Shown here one piece after another: positions 32,679 through 46,358 of a DNA stretch of 64,000 nucleotides. The translations under genes were made by a program, and so were the position numbers. The notes under the pieces are model-generated. The model was not told the origin of the DNA. It made no database searches and worked only from the letters and a program-made list of their open reading frames with translations. The number at the start of each line of letters is the position of its first letter. Positions within the stretch are counted from its first letter, which is position 1. Source of the DNA: Chrysomallon squamiferum (Eukaryota; Animalia; Mollusca); the NCBI GenBank assembly GCA_012295275.1, contig CM022671.1:21204001-21268000 (forward strand), read 5' to 3'.

Positions 32679-33019
32679 TCGCCTGAACGTACGATTGATC
32701 AAAATGGTTTGTAACAAAATGATTTGTTACTGTTGGTCCACTTGTTTATTGCAGTCACCAAATGTGTGTAATACTTACTGGGAACTGTCAAGTACTGAAT
32801 GCGAGCTCGTACACTTCTTTGTTTCTTTGATTCTAACACGAGGATCGGGAGATGATGCACTATTTTCTGAAATTCTGGACCAGTCTTTATAAGAGAGCAA
32901 ATATATTTATTTACTGACCTCATTTTATATATTTTGTTTAAAATCCTTTTTATTTATGTATGTATGTACAGATGTGTGTGTATATATATTATGTATGTGT
33001 GTTTCATCAAATCATTAGA

Positions 33020-33022
<3 letters not shown>

Positions 33023-33084
<62 letters not shown>
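33023..33084. repeat. (TAT)n microsatellite
   Basis: Read directly. Confidence 0.95.
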
Positions 33085-33085
<1 letters not shown>

Positions 33086-33584
33086 AATGACGGTGATGAT
33101 GTTAATATAAAATCATTTATTTTATGGTTTGTTTTTAGTGTGGATAAAAACATATTGATCACTGTTACAAATTACAATGGAGGAAAAATGTATAATATAC
33201 TGGTACACGATCGTATTTGTTTATATTTTTGATATACTGAGTTGGTATTAAAACATGTTCCACGTGTGTCTTCTGCTTGTTATTGCACAAATACAGCATC
33301 AGTCAAGGTAAGAGGATCCACTGAAGAACTAATTATGGGGAAATAATCAGTTTCCTCCCGAAGAATTTACTGGAGGTGTGGGCAGCCATTTTCTCCGAAT
33401 AGTCACAGATGCAATTTGACATGCCCTGTACTAATTCAGAATTAGCTCGATATTAGATGGGAAATTATCCCAAATTATGAATGAAAGTTTCTTCTGACGG
33501 CATTTAAAAAAAAAAAAAATAATAAACCAGATAATTTTATTTTGCAATAAGTACTGTGTTTAAAATATAGTTTATTAAAATTAC

Positions 33585-33623
<39 letters not shown>

Positions 33624-34106
33624 TATATTTTTGGAGAGTTTTGTTTATTATAGATTTTGTTAATAAAAAATTGCTTATTATATTTTTCCATTATTGCTGC
33701 TGTCAGCTGAAATTGGAAACATTTCCATTGTTAGCTTACTGCAGTATAATTATCTGCCAAATCACATTAAATATACCATATCAAATTTCCATCGAGATGG
33801 TCTTAACATAAATTTTTCCTTTCATTAAAAAAAATTTAGTTGTTTGTTTAATTAATGAACCTTTCACTGTTCGCCTTATTACAATCACAGCAACAACAGT
33901 TGTTTAAAAAATATAAAAACAAAACAAAAGACAAGATCCTGTAATAATAATAAGATCAGTCTCTATCGTTCATTTCTTTAATGTCCTGCACCAAAATGCT
34001 TGGATTAAGTCTTTTAAAATACCGTGCTTTAACAAATAATAAATGTTCACAATATACTTTGCGTATGAGTGTGTGAGTTTCTCATGAATCAATGTGGTAT
34101 GTATAT

Positions 34107-34208
<102 letters not shown>

Positions 34209-34585
34209 AAGAAATAATTTTAGAATAAAAAAACTTAAAGGTTTATTGGTAAAAAAGTGGATATATGAAAATTTCCTTTAGCTTTTAGTAATTAAAAATG
34301 TATTAACGTTTTACTTGTATTAATTCCATGCAGTCTTTGAAACATGATTTAATGTCTGCGGACTGAGAGAACAAAACCGAGCTCAATAATAAATTCAATA
34401 ACCTTTGATAACCAAAACTGTGTGGTTGTTTTTAAATGAACGAATTTGATTAAATTAATTTTACAAAGTGGTATTTAAATGTTGTAACAATAAAGCATGC
34501 ACTCACTTTACGTGTCCTTCGCTTAATACCGGTAATGTAGCAAACAAAACATGCATCAACACAGTTACAAACAACTGTTTAATAA

Positions 34586-34586
<1 letters not shown>

Positions 34587-34667
<81 letters not shown>

Positions 34668-34684
34668 GTAATAATAATAATAAA
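34587..34684. repeat. (AAT)n microsatellite
   Basis: Read directly. Confidence 0.95.
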
Positions 34685-35062
34685 TAATAAGTATTAAATA
34701 TAAGATATTTATTTAGAATTAGGAAAAGAACCCACAACCTTAGGCACGATAAAATTTGCTTGCACTTTCGTGCCATCTTTCAATAGTAAACTGAATACAA
34801 CATCATCCACCGCAGACTTTCAGTAATATCTGATTTATGGACTAATTTAACTTGTATTACGTAATCATTTATTTGAAAACTGGATTATCCTAGTGTTGTC
34901 TAATTCATGCTTTATGCTAAATCTTTAAGTATTTGGTTTTCTAACGGGGGTGCTGGAGGTGGATAATGTGATATGGTAGATAAAACGTATGTACGTAGCT
35001 CGTAAGTTATTCAGTATATAAGTTATTCGTGAGATCACTACCCTAGGAACTAAAAAAAACAA

Positions 35063-35224
35063 GATGGGGTTTCAAATCAAATGTCTTCATTAATGGGCGA
35101 TCCCTGATACAGAAATATTAAAGTATACAACACTGTAGCTATGATGGGGTTTCAAATCAAAGGTCTTCATTAATGGGTGATCCTTGATACAGAAATATTA
35201 AAGTATACAACACTGTAGCTATGA
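35063..35224. repeat. 80-bp direct tandem duplication, 2 copies, ~3 mismatches
   Basis: gatggggtttcaaatcaaatgtcttcattaatgggcgatccctgatacagaaatattaaagtatacaacactgtagctat at 35063 recurs at 35143. Confidence 0.9.
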
Positions 35225-35811
35225 CGTCTTCTAGGAGGTCAAGCTGATCAGGTTCTTAGAACCGTATTTAATTAATACGAAGCATGGTGAAAATTCTACA
35301 GATGTAAAATGAGAACAAAGCAAACAAAAACATCACCAAACCAAAAACAAAACCCTTGATGTTTAGATAAAAAGAAAATAATTATAAACGAATATATTCA
35401 ACAGTAATATTATTAAATACATAATGTCAGTATATAGTTCATAATACACAAACGCGAGAAGTCAGTTACATGTATTTAAATATTAATATCAATTGTCAGA
35501 GTTCGTTAGTCATGGCTTCCAGGAGGAGTTATCCATGAGTAAAACTGCTAAAATTCAGTATTCCATATCCATATTATTACATGATACCATAATCGTATAT
35601 ACAAGTAGAAGTAACAAAATATGAAACTTGTAAATGTATTGATATAGTCCCACTGAGTCATATATTATGAAATAAACTGTCAGGGTAAAATAGGTGATTA
35701 TTATATTACTTAAGGAATTGTTGAAGTTCATTCAATCCTAATTGATATCAGTTTCACCTAGTCCCATCTACGAAAAGTAATCTTCTCACGTAATGCATTA
35801 GGTACAATCAT

Positions 35812-36680
35812 CTAGCATAACATATTGCCGTCGATGACACGATACAGAATGTTATCTAACTGCTTTATTTTCTCCCATTGCCTTGCCAAACCTTTCACTA
35901 ATCTAGACTCATTTGTTAACTGATTAACAGTAGCATTATGATCGAACGTTTGCCAAAAATAAAGAAATCTCTTTCTATTAGTAAGAAAAGAACTGTTAGT
36001 GGATTCAGCCACTTTCCTGGGAATTCATTCATGATTGCCTTTTGGCATCATCAGTGCAACCCTTGGCATACTGACGATTCAAAGCATCAGCATTGACATT
36101 ACTTTTACCTGATCGATACTTCATCACGAAGCTAAATTCACCCATTTGAGGTACCCAGTGCATTTCTATGGCTCCAAGTTCGGCAGTTTTGAGACATGAT
36201 AGTGGGGTGTTATCCGTGAATACCACAAACTGTGAACCAACAAGTACTCACGAAAATTATCTGTAACTGCCCATTTTAAAGCCAAGAATTCAAGTTTCAT
36301 TGAGCTATAGTTTGCATCATTGTTCAGCTGGTTTTAGGCTTCGACAGGCGTAAGAAATAACCACTCGTCGACCATCTTGCTCTTGAGATAGAACAGCTCC
36401 GAAACCCTGAAAATTGGCATCAGTCTCAACAATGAAAAGTTCCTGTAGTCAGCTTAACTTTTAATTTGTTAAAAACGTGATCGCATGACTGATCCCAGCA
36501 TTCCTAAAAAGCTTTTAGAACTAAAGGAACCTTTCTGACAATTTTGTTTTCTTTTTCTTCCCACCAGCTATAGTAACTGGCCAGTCCAACAAATGACCTC
36601 AGTTCAGTTTCTCTTGTTGGCATTTTAAACTCTTTGACAAGTGTAATCTTATCAGGATCAGCAGAAATACCTGACTGTAT
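35812..36680 (-). mobile_element. Degenerate Ty3/Gypsy LTR-retrotransposon pol fragment (RT C-terminus/connection plus RNase H)
   Basis: Minus-strand translation gives GISADPDKITLVKEFKMPTRETELRSFVGLASYY, VETDANFQGFGAVLSQEQDGRRVVISYACRSLKPAE, NYSSMKLEFLALKWAVTDNFREYL and VFTDNTPL…MKYRSGKSNVNADALNR, broken by frameshifts and deletions. No LTRs seen. Confidence 0.9.
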
Positions 36681-37349
36681 TACTAGTATTACTCAAAAAA
36701 CACAATTAGCATCTACTAACTTATACTTCTACAACAACATCATCATCAACAAATTATGTTATTATTAATGCTGCTGCAGTTTCTACCACTACTGTTATAC
36801 CTTTACGAAAAGCCCTGGTAAGAGCAAAGCCGTGTTAGACATAAAATTTCACCAACGACGCTACTGAACTAAAACAACCAGTTCACTGAATAAATCTTGT
36901 ACACTGTCTTTCTCTAAGCTGAGATGAGAGAGCATATATCAGTTAAAGAAAAGAAGAGAAAAAAAAAACACAAGGAAAATATTGAGAATAGCTTGTTATT
37001 TTTTTCTTTTAATTTTTACTTGCCTGTGTAAATATATCAATTATGACGGTTAAAACGAAAAGCGCATGGTAATTATTTTCCGTTTAGCTGTGTAACGATT
37101 ATAATTATATTTGTCAGCCATCACGGCAATTTCTGGCTCTGTAATTCAATTGTGAAAGTGGAAGTAATGTAATTTTCAGGACAGAGACATACACGGTTTG
37201 ATCAGAATTAGAGGAACAGAAAAAAGTAATTTCCCTGAAATAAAAAGAAACATTGGAAATATATATTTACAATTGTTTTTTTTTTTTTTTTTTTTTGTCT
37301 CTCTCTTTTGTTTTTGGTATTATAATAACATTTTTAAACATTTGTTAAA

Positions 37350-37384
<35 letters not shown>

Positions 37385-38100
37385 AATATGTATGTGTATC
37401 TATACACATGTATATATTTTAACAAATGCTTAATAATTTTAATACATTTTACAAATACTAAGCCAAACACAAAGAAATAAAAATAAAAATATTATCAAAC
37501 ATAACAAACTATAAAATCAACTTCTAGTACTAAAACAATAACTACTATTACTACAACAACTGTTGCTGTCACTACTGCTACAACTACCACCACCACCACC
37601 ACCACGACCATCACCACCACTACTACTAATTATTATACATTTAATAACAAGAACAATCGTGAATTTTTAGTCAGTATTATCAGCATTCTATGTATCTTTC
37701 TATAAAGTACAAAATGGATGAAACACAAGAACAGACATTCGCTGAAGTCATTCCCAGTGTACACAATTAAACCTGACTGAGTTGTTTATGTTAAGTCCAT
37801 TCTTGATTAAAAAAGTTGTTTTTAGAAAAGATTACTCTTAATGTTTCTAATAAATAAAACCCTGTTGCGTACAGAGTACGTCGTGACAAGCAAATCCTGT
37901 CTAACTAGCTATATCTGATCCGATATTTAAAAAAATAATGAAGAAGAAGAATAGTGTTTATCGACCACTACCTTAAGATTACTAGAAACAACATTTCAGA
38001 CATAGAAAGAATGTGGTCAGAATGTTTTTGTGCACGTAAACGTTGGTAAATGTCCAAGTTCATTTACATACACTGTATGCCTGTATGTATAGATTTGTAA

Positions 38101-38114
38101 GTATGTATGTATGC

Positions 38115-38147
<33 letters not shown>

Positions 38148-38176
38148 TGTATGTATGTATGTATGTATGTATGTAT
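38101..38176. repeat. (TATG)n microsatellite
   Basis: Read directly. Confidence 0.9.
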
Positions 38177-40147
38177 GGATATGCGTCTGTATATGTGTGA
38201 TATGTTTCCGTGTTAATTATTGCTAATAAATGGTGATATTCGAGAGAGAGAAAATTTCAAATTTATTTCAACTCATTATTTATTTATTTATTTATTTATT
38301 TAAAAGAAATAAAAAGAGACAGTCACGGACAGACACACAGACAGACAAGCTAAAATGGACAGTCAAACAGACAGTGAAGATAAGACCCACAGACAGAGAG
38401 ATAAAAAGATAGATACATAAAGAGAGATAGGTATATAGATAAAGAGAAAGATAGAGAAACAGACCCACACATACAGAAATTAAAAATATTTAGAACTAAA
38501 ACAACGAAATAAATGAACAAAAAAATTTAAGTAAATAAAATAAACAAAGAATTAAACTAATTAACTGATAAATAGATAAATATACAAATAAACAAACGAA
38601 TGAATGAATGAATAAAAAGATAATTTGACCGCCTTTAAAAAGATTTTTTTAAAAAAGAAGAAAAGAACGACAATTCTGATATTCTTAAGATATGCGGCCG
38701 TCGTATGTTACCGGAAGCATCACCTAGATAAATTTATGTCCACCTTTGTCGTCTTGCTCTAACCTGAATAATATTAATAATTAGCAACAATATGACATCA
38801 AATTCGTATTGATCCTTTCAGAAAAGACATCTGAATAGCAGTTTCATTTATTCAATAACGCACGGAATGGGTATTATCAAGAAATGGCTGCAGATTACGC
38901 GGACGACATTTGTTAGAATAGTCCGTAAGCACTCTTGACGTGATTTATCTTATCGTCTAGTTCTCGTTACTTAAAGGTTATGTCCCTTAGTTTGTAGATT
39001 TTATTATTATCATCTCTTTTATCGTCGTTGTCATGGTTGCTATTGTTGTTGTTGTTGTTATTATTATTAACATAATCATCATCGTCCTTTTCATTTTTGT
39101 TATTATTATATTTATTTCCATTCAGTGTTGTTGTTGTTGTTGTTGTTGTTATTGTTTTAAATGCTTTTGTGTTCTGAGAAAATTTAAATCATCAAACGAC
39201 GAAACAAACATTCCTTTCTGTAAAATCACAGAATAGTCGTGATACCGATAATCGATTCGTAATACCGAGTGTTTGAAACTGGTGTGAATCGACGTATCGT
39301 TTTTCTCATAACCATTCCTTTTATTAGTAATATAATGTTAATGATTACGAGAAAAAGTAGGAGTCGTGATGAGTTCTATATATCGCAGACAGAACACATA
39401 AATACAAAATCTAAATGGATGAAATTAGAGATTTATTACATCTTAAAACAAATTTTGTTTGTTTTAATTTTGGTGGAAGTCATTATTGTACTAAAAACAA
39501 AAAGAATTAAAAAAATAATAATAAAAATAATAAAAATAATAATAAAAAAAAAAAAATAAAATAATAAATAATAAGAACAAGAAAAATAAAATTATCATGT
39601 TAGCCGATTTCATATAAACGGATTAATTAGAAATGATATTTATTGAATTTCTTTCTTTTTGTCTTGTTTCGTTTTTGTTGTGTCACAGGATCACAGCATG
39701 ATACAAATAGTAATCACAACCGAGTTCTTGCCGATCAATATTAATTTCATTTTTTTTTTCATTATGAAACATTTCATTTCGAAAATTATATATAACTAGA
39801 TACTTTTTTCTTCTTTTTTTTTCTGGATACACAGCACACTCGTTGGACCATTTATAGATCATGTATGAGCAGCTCTGTCTGTTGAAAAGTGCACATAAAC
39901 AAACAAAAATCCTTTGCAAATAGTCGACTAAAGGATGAGAAGAATATCTCTCACCGCACTGAATTAGCCGTTATCTTCTTTTATCATAATACTATCTACG
40001 TAGTCTTTAATCAGAAAAAAGACACCACAGATTTAATGTTCGAGACTATCGTTAAATCAAACATTTCTTCAATTTCTGAAATACTGGTTCTACAAAAGCT
40101 TATTCAACAGCAGCCTATATTTATGTGACAAAAATAAAACACACAAA

Positions 40148-40150
<3 letters not shown>

Positions 40151-40230
<80 letters not shown>
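40151..40230. repeat. (GA)n microsatellite
   Basis: Read directly. Confidence 0.95.
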
Positions 40231-40233
<3 letters not shown>

Positions 40234-40292
40234 AAATATAACATTCAGCTCCTTGGAACATTAATATAATAGATAACTAGAACCAATCATTA

Positions 40293-40334
<42 letters not shown>

Positions 40335-41847
40335 CTTCTAAATGCGAAAATAAAATATTCCATTAATAGCATTAGATCGCAAACAGCAATTTTAAAACAG
40401 CCTACATAATATGTTTTATTTAAAGCTAAGTCGATCTAAAATAACGATGAGTCTAATTCTTCAATATGAGTCCTATATATTTTACCAAAAATATGGTTTC
40501 ATCGATAACTGCTAAAAACAGCTTCCTAAAATCGACATAAAAAAAATATATACTCTATAAATTTGTCACGTTTAATGAACTTACATTATCAGTTTCATAA
40601 GGCCTTTTACGTACAGAAAAAAAAAAAAATCATTACAAAATATTCCTCCAGGATATCAAAATACAGAAACGTACGTAAATCAAAGAGTAATTATTTACCA
40701 CGAACTTTGTTATTCAACACTTTAATATATATTATCCTATTCGTACGAAATATCATACGTTAATACAATGAAGAAGTTATTTTAAACATTAATTATTAAT
40801 GAGTCATTTTTAAATATTTAATGATTTTCGTTCGACATCTCATTAAAGCTAAAACGAAAAATAAAAAACAAATTAGTTTTACAAAGGCGATACTTTTAAC
40901 TTCACCAAGCTACATTCACTAGAGACGTGTCAACTGTTGCTGATATTTATGACCTAATGATATGATATTGCCAATAATGGTTGAAATTCACTGAGACAGA
41001 GAAAATCCTTTTTAACGATTTCATTTCAACATTCTTTTGTGCTTGTTTTCTGACATTTTAAACATACTCTCTTGGGCACATATACTAGAATCGCGATACG
41101 CATCATATTGCTAATGGTGTTAGTTTTATGTTTAAAACAGTGATCTTCCTGTTCAGGTCTGAATTCGTGTCCATTAATATCTATCTGCGAACGTTATCGT
41201 TAAAAGTTCAGATATAAAGTTTGCACATGAATTTGTATGTGTGTATATTTGCGTGTATGAAGTGAGATACAAATATTATTAATATTATTATTATTATTTT
41301 TTTTTTTTTTTTTTTTAATTATGAACTATTTTTATCTTATGTTACAGTCACTGTAACAGTGTCAAATCCCCTCCGCCATATTTACTCTGATGCGACCAGG
41401 GTTTGCATGTCTTCGCTTTGACAGAAAATATACACCCAAAGCGTTATTAAACACGTTAAAATTAATTATGCTTAAAATGTGTAAATGCCTGATAGTGATA
41501 TATATTACAATTACTCGTATGTGGGATTAATGTTCGTCTTAAAAATATATAATAATATATATAATGTTATAGAGTCCGACAGTAAACAATCTAGTTTACT
41601 TGTCCGTGGTATTTGTTTTGACCTTATTTATATATATATATTGTTACAAAACTACATTACGTTGGCTAGACATCACTTTTGGTCATTTGCCAATAACTAT
41701 TTCAGTATTTGAAAGTGTGGATCGCTCGCTAAAAATAATAAAATGCGACCCAACAAGCCCAATTATAACTACTGGAACATGCATTTTGTTATAGCAAAAT
41801 AAAAATTTACTTTCGGATCATGTGATTCAATCATGTGACCATGCAAA

Positions 41848-44038
41848 ATGGCAGCTTCAAAAACAAGGAAGACTGAAAGAGAGTGGAATTTTCTAGACAC
41901 AGAAAATTTAATAAAAGAGTATGAAAAATATCCTTGTTTGTACAATACAAGCGTCAGAGAATATAAAGACCGAGATAAACGGAAACAGGCGCTACAAAGC
42001 ATTGCTGCAGTCTTTGAAACAACAGGTAAAGTATTGCATGTCGCTTCACACATCCATAAATACTGGAGTTAAACAATATTTGGGTACCAACATTATAAAC
42101 GAAATGAATCGCGACCCAGGTATTCGCCATTAACAAGACATAATTATAGAGGGCGTGTCTGGTTCAAGACGTGTTATCAAGATGAACGTTACAATTAGTT
42201 AATTATTGGATGTAACTAATAATCGATAACGTACTTTTTATATAGCCTTCCTGATTCAACAGGCAGATACAGAACAGTTCTGTATACATCCTTCTTGATG
42301 ATTACTCTTATAGTTATTAACGTCATTATTTAGACACATTTTGGATCTGCATATAGATGGTTTGTGTGTTGACCTTATTTTTGAAACACTGTACATCTAC
42401 AAGATAACAGATTTAATATAATTAAAAACAAAAAAATAAAAAATAAATGAAAAAATAAAATTAATAAAAAAAAGTAAATAAAAAACCCCATAATAATAAC
42501 GATAATAAAAAATAATAAAATATAATAAATAATCATATAAAAATAAATAAATAATAAATTATAATAATAAATAAAAAAGTAATATATTTTTATAAAATAT
42601 TAAATCTAATTGTTACTGACAATCATAACAAACAATGACTCCATCAAGTTATTTCCTATTTCAGTCTGAACCCTGACTAATTTATCTGTGGAGTTTATGA
42701 AGACATATTAATAGAGTCCACTATTTTATATCTCACAAAGAAGTTAGTTTACATTTAATATTTACCTTGACATCTTGATATATTTCAGCTGAAATGCAGA
42801 AATTTTCAAATTATTTATAACAAATTACTGATAACACTTTTTTTTAAAAATATTTTTTAATTTTTGATATGATTTGCATTAAATAATAATACTTCCATCC
42901 CAGAATTGTAAGATTCTTGAAATTATTGTGTATACAAATCACTTCATACTATAATTTTAAGATTTCATTAGTCATCAGAAATATTGCTATTTCAGTGCAC
43001 ATAGCAACAAATACATATGTTATTTTTTATATTGTATTTATATATCAATATATATATTTCTTACTCTTCTGACAGCTGATGAAATCTCAAAGAAATTTAG
43101 TCGCCTTCGAATTCAGTTCAACAGGGAATGTACCAAACTAACAATAGGAGCAAAGAGTGGCAGTTCATCAGAAGATACACTGAAATCAAAAGTAACATGG
43201 GGTCATTTTAAATCACTTCAGTTCCTGAAAAACTTCTACCAGCCAAAATCAAATGGATCATATCTCTCCTTATTTCAGTCCACAGAGTCTCAGGTAGATT
43301 GCTTTCTTCTTTTGGATTCGCACCTAAATTATGTAAAATTATTTAAGGATATTCTGTAATTTTCTATTGCTGGAGAGCTCCTTTGCTGTTTCACTTGTGG
43401 TAATTAATAATAAAAATAATTTAAAAAAAAAAACCAGGAACATTCATACAAGAATTTTACTATACACATTTTAGCCTCCATTTGTTTCGGAGCAGATCTA
43501 AGATTTGTTAAAAATAATTGTTTCATGTAACAAAATGTAAAATTGGCACATTTAGGTGTATCTGCATTTTATTTTTCAGGCTGAAAGGGAAGATATGGCT
43601 CAGAGTCAGTCTGATGATGAAGATGGTGCCAGTGATTTGAGTGTAGTATTCCCCAAAGTGAACAAAAATGATGAAGATGGTTACACTGATGTTGAATTCA
43701 GTCATCCAAAGACATCAATAAAGAATTCTCTGTATTCGGCAAAGACAAAAAGAATAATAAAACGACAAAGAATGGAAGAAGATGGAAATTTGACTCTTCA
43801 AAGAGCAGTGACTCTTTTTAAGAAAGCAACCTCCACTTCTATGGAAGCAGAAAGACTTTCATCTGCTAATGCCGATGACATTTTTGGCCAGTATGTTGCA
43901 AATGAGCTCAAGTCCATAAAAGATGAATATGTGAAAAAGATTATAAAACACAAAATACAAACACTTCTTTTTGAAACCCAAATTCCATCTTTGTCTTCTG
44001 AGTATTCTGTAACATCTAATGGATCAGTGAACAGTTGA
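41848..44038 (+). CDS. MADF (Myb/SANT-like Adf-1) domain protein with C-terminal BESS-like motif (~284 aa)
   Basis: Exons 41848-42025, 43076-43293, 43580-44038 in frame. MADF: LIKEYEKYPCLYNTSVREYKDRDKRKQALQSIA..ISKKFSRLRIQFNRE..WGHFKSLQFL; acidic linker; C-terminal DDIFGQYVANELKSIKDEYVKKIIKHKIQTLLFE. Confidence 0.85.
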
Positions 44039-44143
44039 TGAATGCTTTCCAGTGTAATGGGATGATCATGTCAATTCACATTCAAACGACTTGAGTAATA
44101 TTTTTATAAATTTCTAATTTTTTATTATATCATTATCATTATC

Positions 44144-44190
<47 letters not shown>

Positions 44191-45246
44191 TTAAACGCAC
44201 ATGGAAATTGTTAGCATACAGTGGAAAATGATATAGGCCACACATGGAATACATACTAAATAACTAATGTACAAATTATTTTCAGACTTAACTCAAGATT
44301 GATTACAGAGCCTAAGCATACCTTTGTTATATTATTAATCCTTCTGATTGTGAATATTCCCAAGTTTCTTGTTCCATCCAGTGCTCAAGATTGGTTTCGT
44401 GAAAGGCTGTATTATGTAATTTCAGAATTTATGTATATAAAAGATCACTTGCTGCTGATCACTGAGTAAACAACTGAGTGGCAGGAGGAGGTTTTTTTTT
44501 TTTTTTTTTTTTTTTTTTCTCATAATCTAAACACTACTTAATTAATAATCAGATTTGTTCATCCATGCATATACGTATGCATTGTGTATGTATTTGCGTG
44601 TGTGTGTGTGTATATGTGTATATGGTTGGACATCTATATATGTACATAGATTAAATTGTGTGTGTATTTATTTGTGTATGTGTTCATGTTTCTTTTTTCT
44701 TTCTTTTTTTGTATAATTATATGGTCACAATGCCTACCCAATCAAATATCATTTATAGTGCTGTTGTCTTCAGGAATAAATACAGTCACGTTCTATTTTC
44801 ATATAAAATCTATACATACTTAGTGACTGAGAATTTTCTGAAACTTTTTGTTGTCATCCATTAATGTCTAATACACTTTCAAAGCTAAGATATTTCATAT
44901 TTTGTACAAGGAATAGCTATTATTTATTACATGTCCATGCTGACAATGCATTAATATTGCTTCCACATAACTGCCAATATTGAACATATTTATTATAAAT
45001 TATTAGCTGCCAACTGAGTTGGCTCAAATTACTCGACTATTTTTGTAATCAATTTGATGTTCTTCTTCATATTATTATTTATGATTAAGTAACAAAAAAT
45101 TAAAAAATAAAGAATGTCAAAGAATTTTCTTTTTTTTTATATAATAGTACTGTGAAAAATAAACTTGTATATCTATTTGTGAAACATTTGTTTTCTTTTT
45201 CGATATAATTTACATTTATTATAATTTATTGCTTCAGTTCTATTCA

Positions 45247-45301
<55 letters not shown>

Positions 45302-45613
45302 TTATTATTATTTAAATTATTTGTGATCTAAACTGCAAGATTACTTTATCTATTGCATTTGTAATTATAACGGAGTTTTTATTTGCATGCAGTATCATAG
45401 TACGAAACCGAACACAATGCGCTGGTAAATGTCCGGTTTGTACTGAAATTCTAGTTTTATATAATCAATAGACTGGGGAACGGAAGATCGTTTTACTACA
45501 ATACGTTTCACTACTGCGTAATTCTTTTAGGGTTAGACCCATTGTAAATAGTTTACTTGGAGATTTTTCGTAAGAGATTATTTTGAAAAACGTTTTAAAT
45601 TTTTAAATTTATA

Positions 45614-46291
45614 ATGAATATCTCTGGTTACAAAATGGTCCAAGATCCACGCATCCGTAGAATAAGTGGCGATACGGTAAAATCGTCAAGCGATTTTGGC
45701 TCAGAAGAGCATAGTATCAAACCGACTGGGCCTTATTTGGAGGGAAATATGAAATTACTGGAAACTATGTATGTTTTTCATAGAATTTATTTAGAACGTT
45801 TGTCATATGAAATAGTGAAATACATTACACATCGTAAATGAGTACAAATAAAAATCGATTAATATATGTATATATAATTATTATATATGTATACTCATAA
45901 TATTGATACAACGGTATACAAACTTGAAAGTTTCATATACCGTTGTATCAATATTAATATTTATTATCATTGAAAAACTTCAGTCTTAGTAATACTAATA
46001 TTGTGTATTAATAGAATTAAAATTTATGTTCATTTAATTTTATTTTTTAATGCTTAAAATTAGATTTAAAACCCTAACCCTAACAAAAAAAAAAAACCCA
46101 TAACAAATGACACTATCTAAGTATCTTTTGATATAAACGTTAAATGATTTAATGGAAGATTGTTTTATTTGTTTATTTTTATTTTGTTCAGTGAAACTCC
46201 TTCAGATGTAATGTCTTGTCGGTTTAGTCCAGATGGTAAACATTTGGCTGTGGGATTATGTGATGGATCTATTAAGGTGGGTGTGATCACA

Positions 46292-46358
<67 letters not shown>

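Noticed and set aside
46069-46084. Telomere-like (CCCTAA)2
   Set aside because: Only two units; not a telomeric array.
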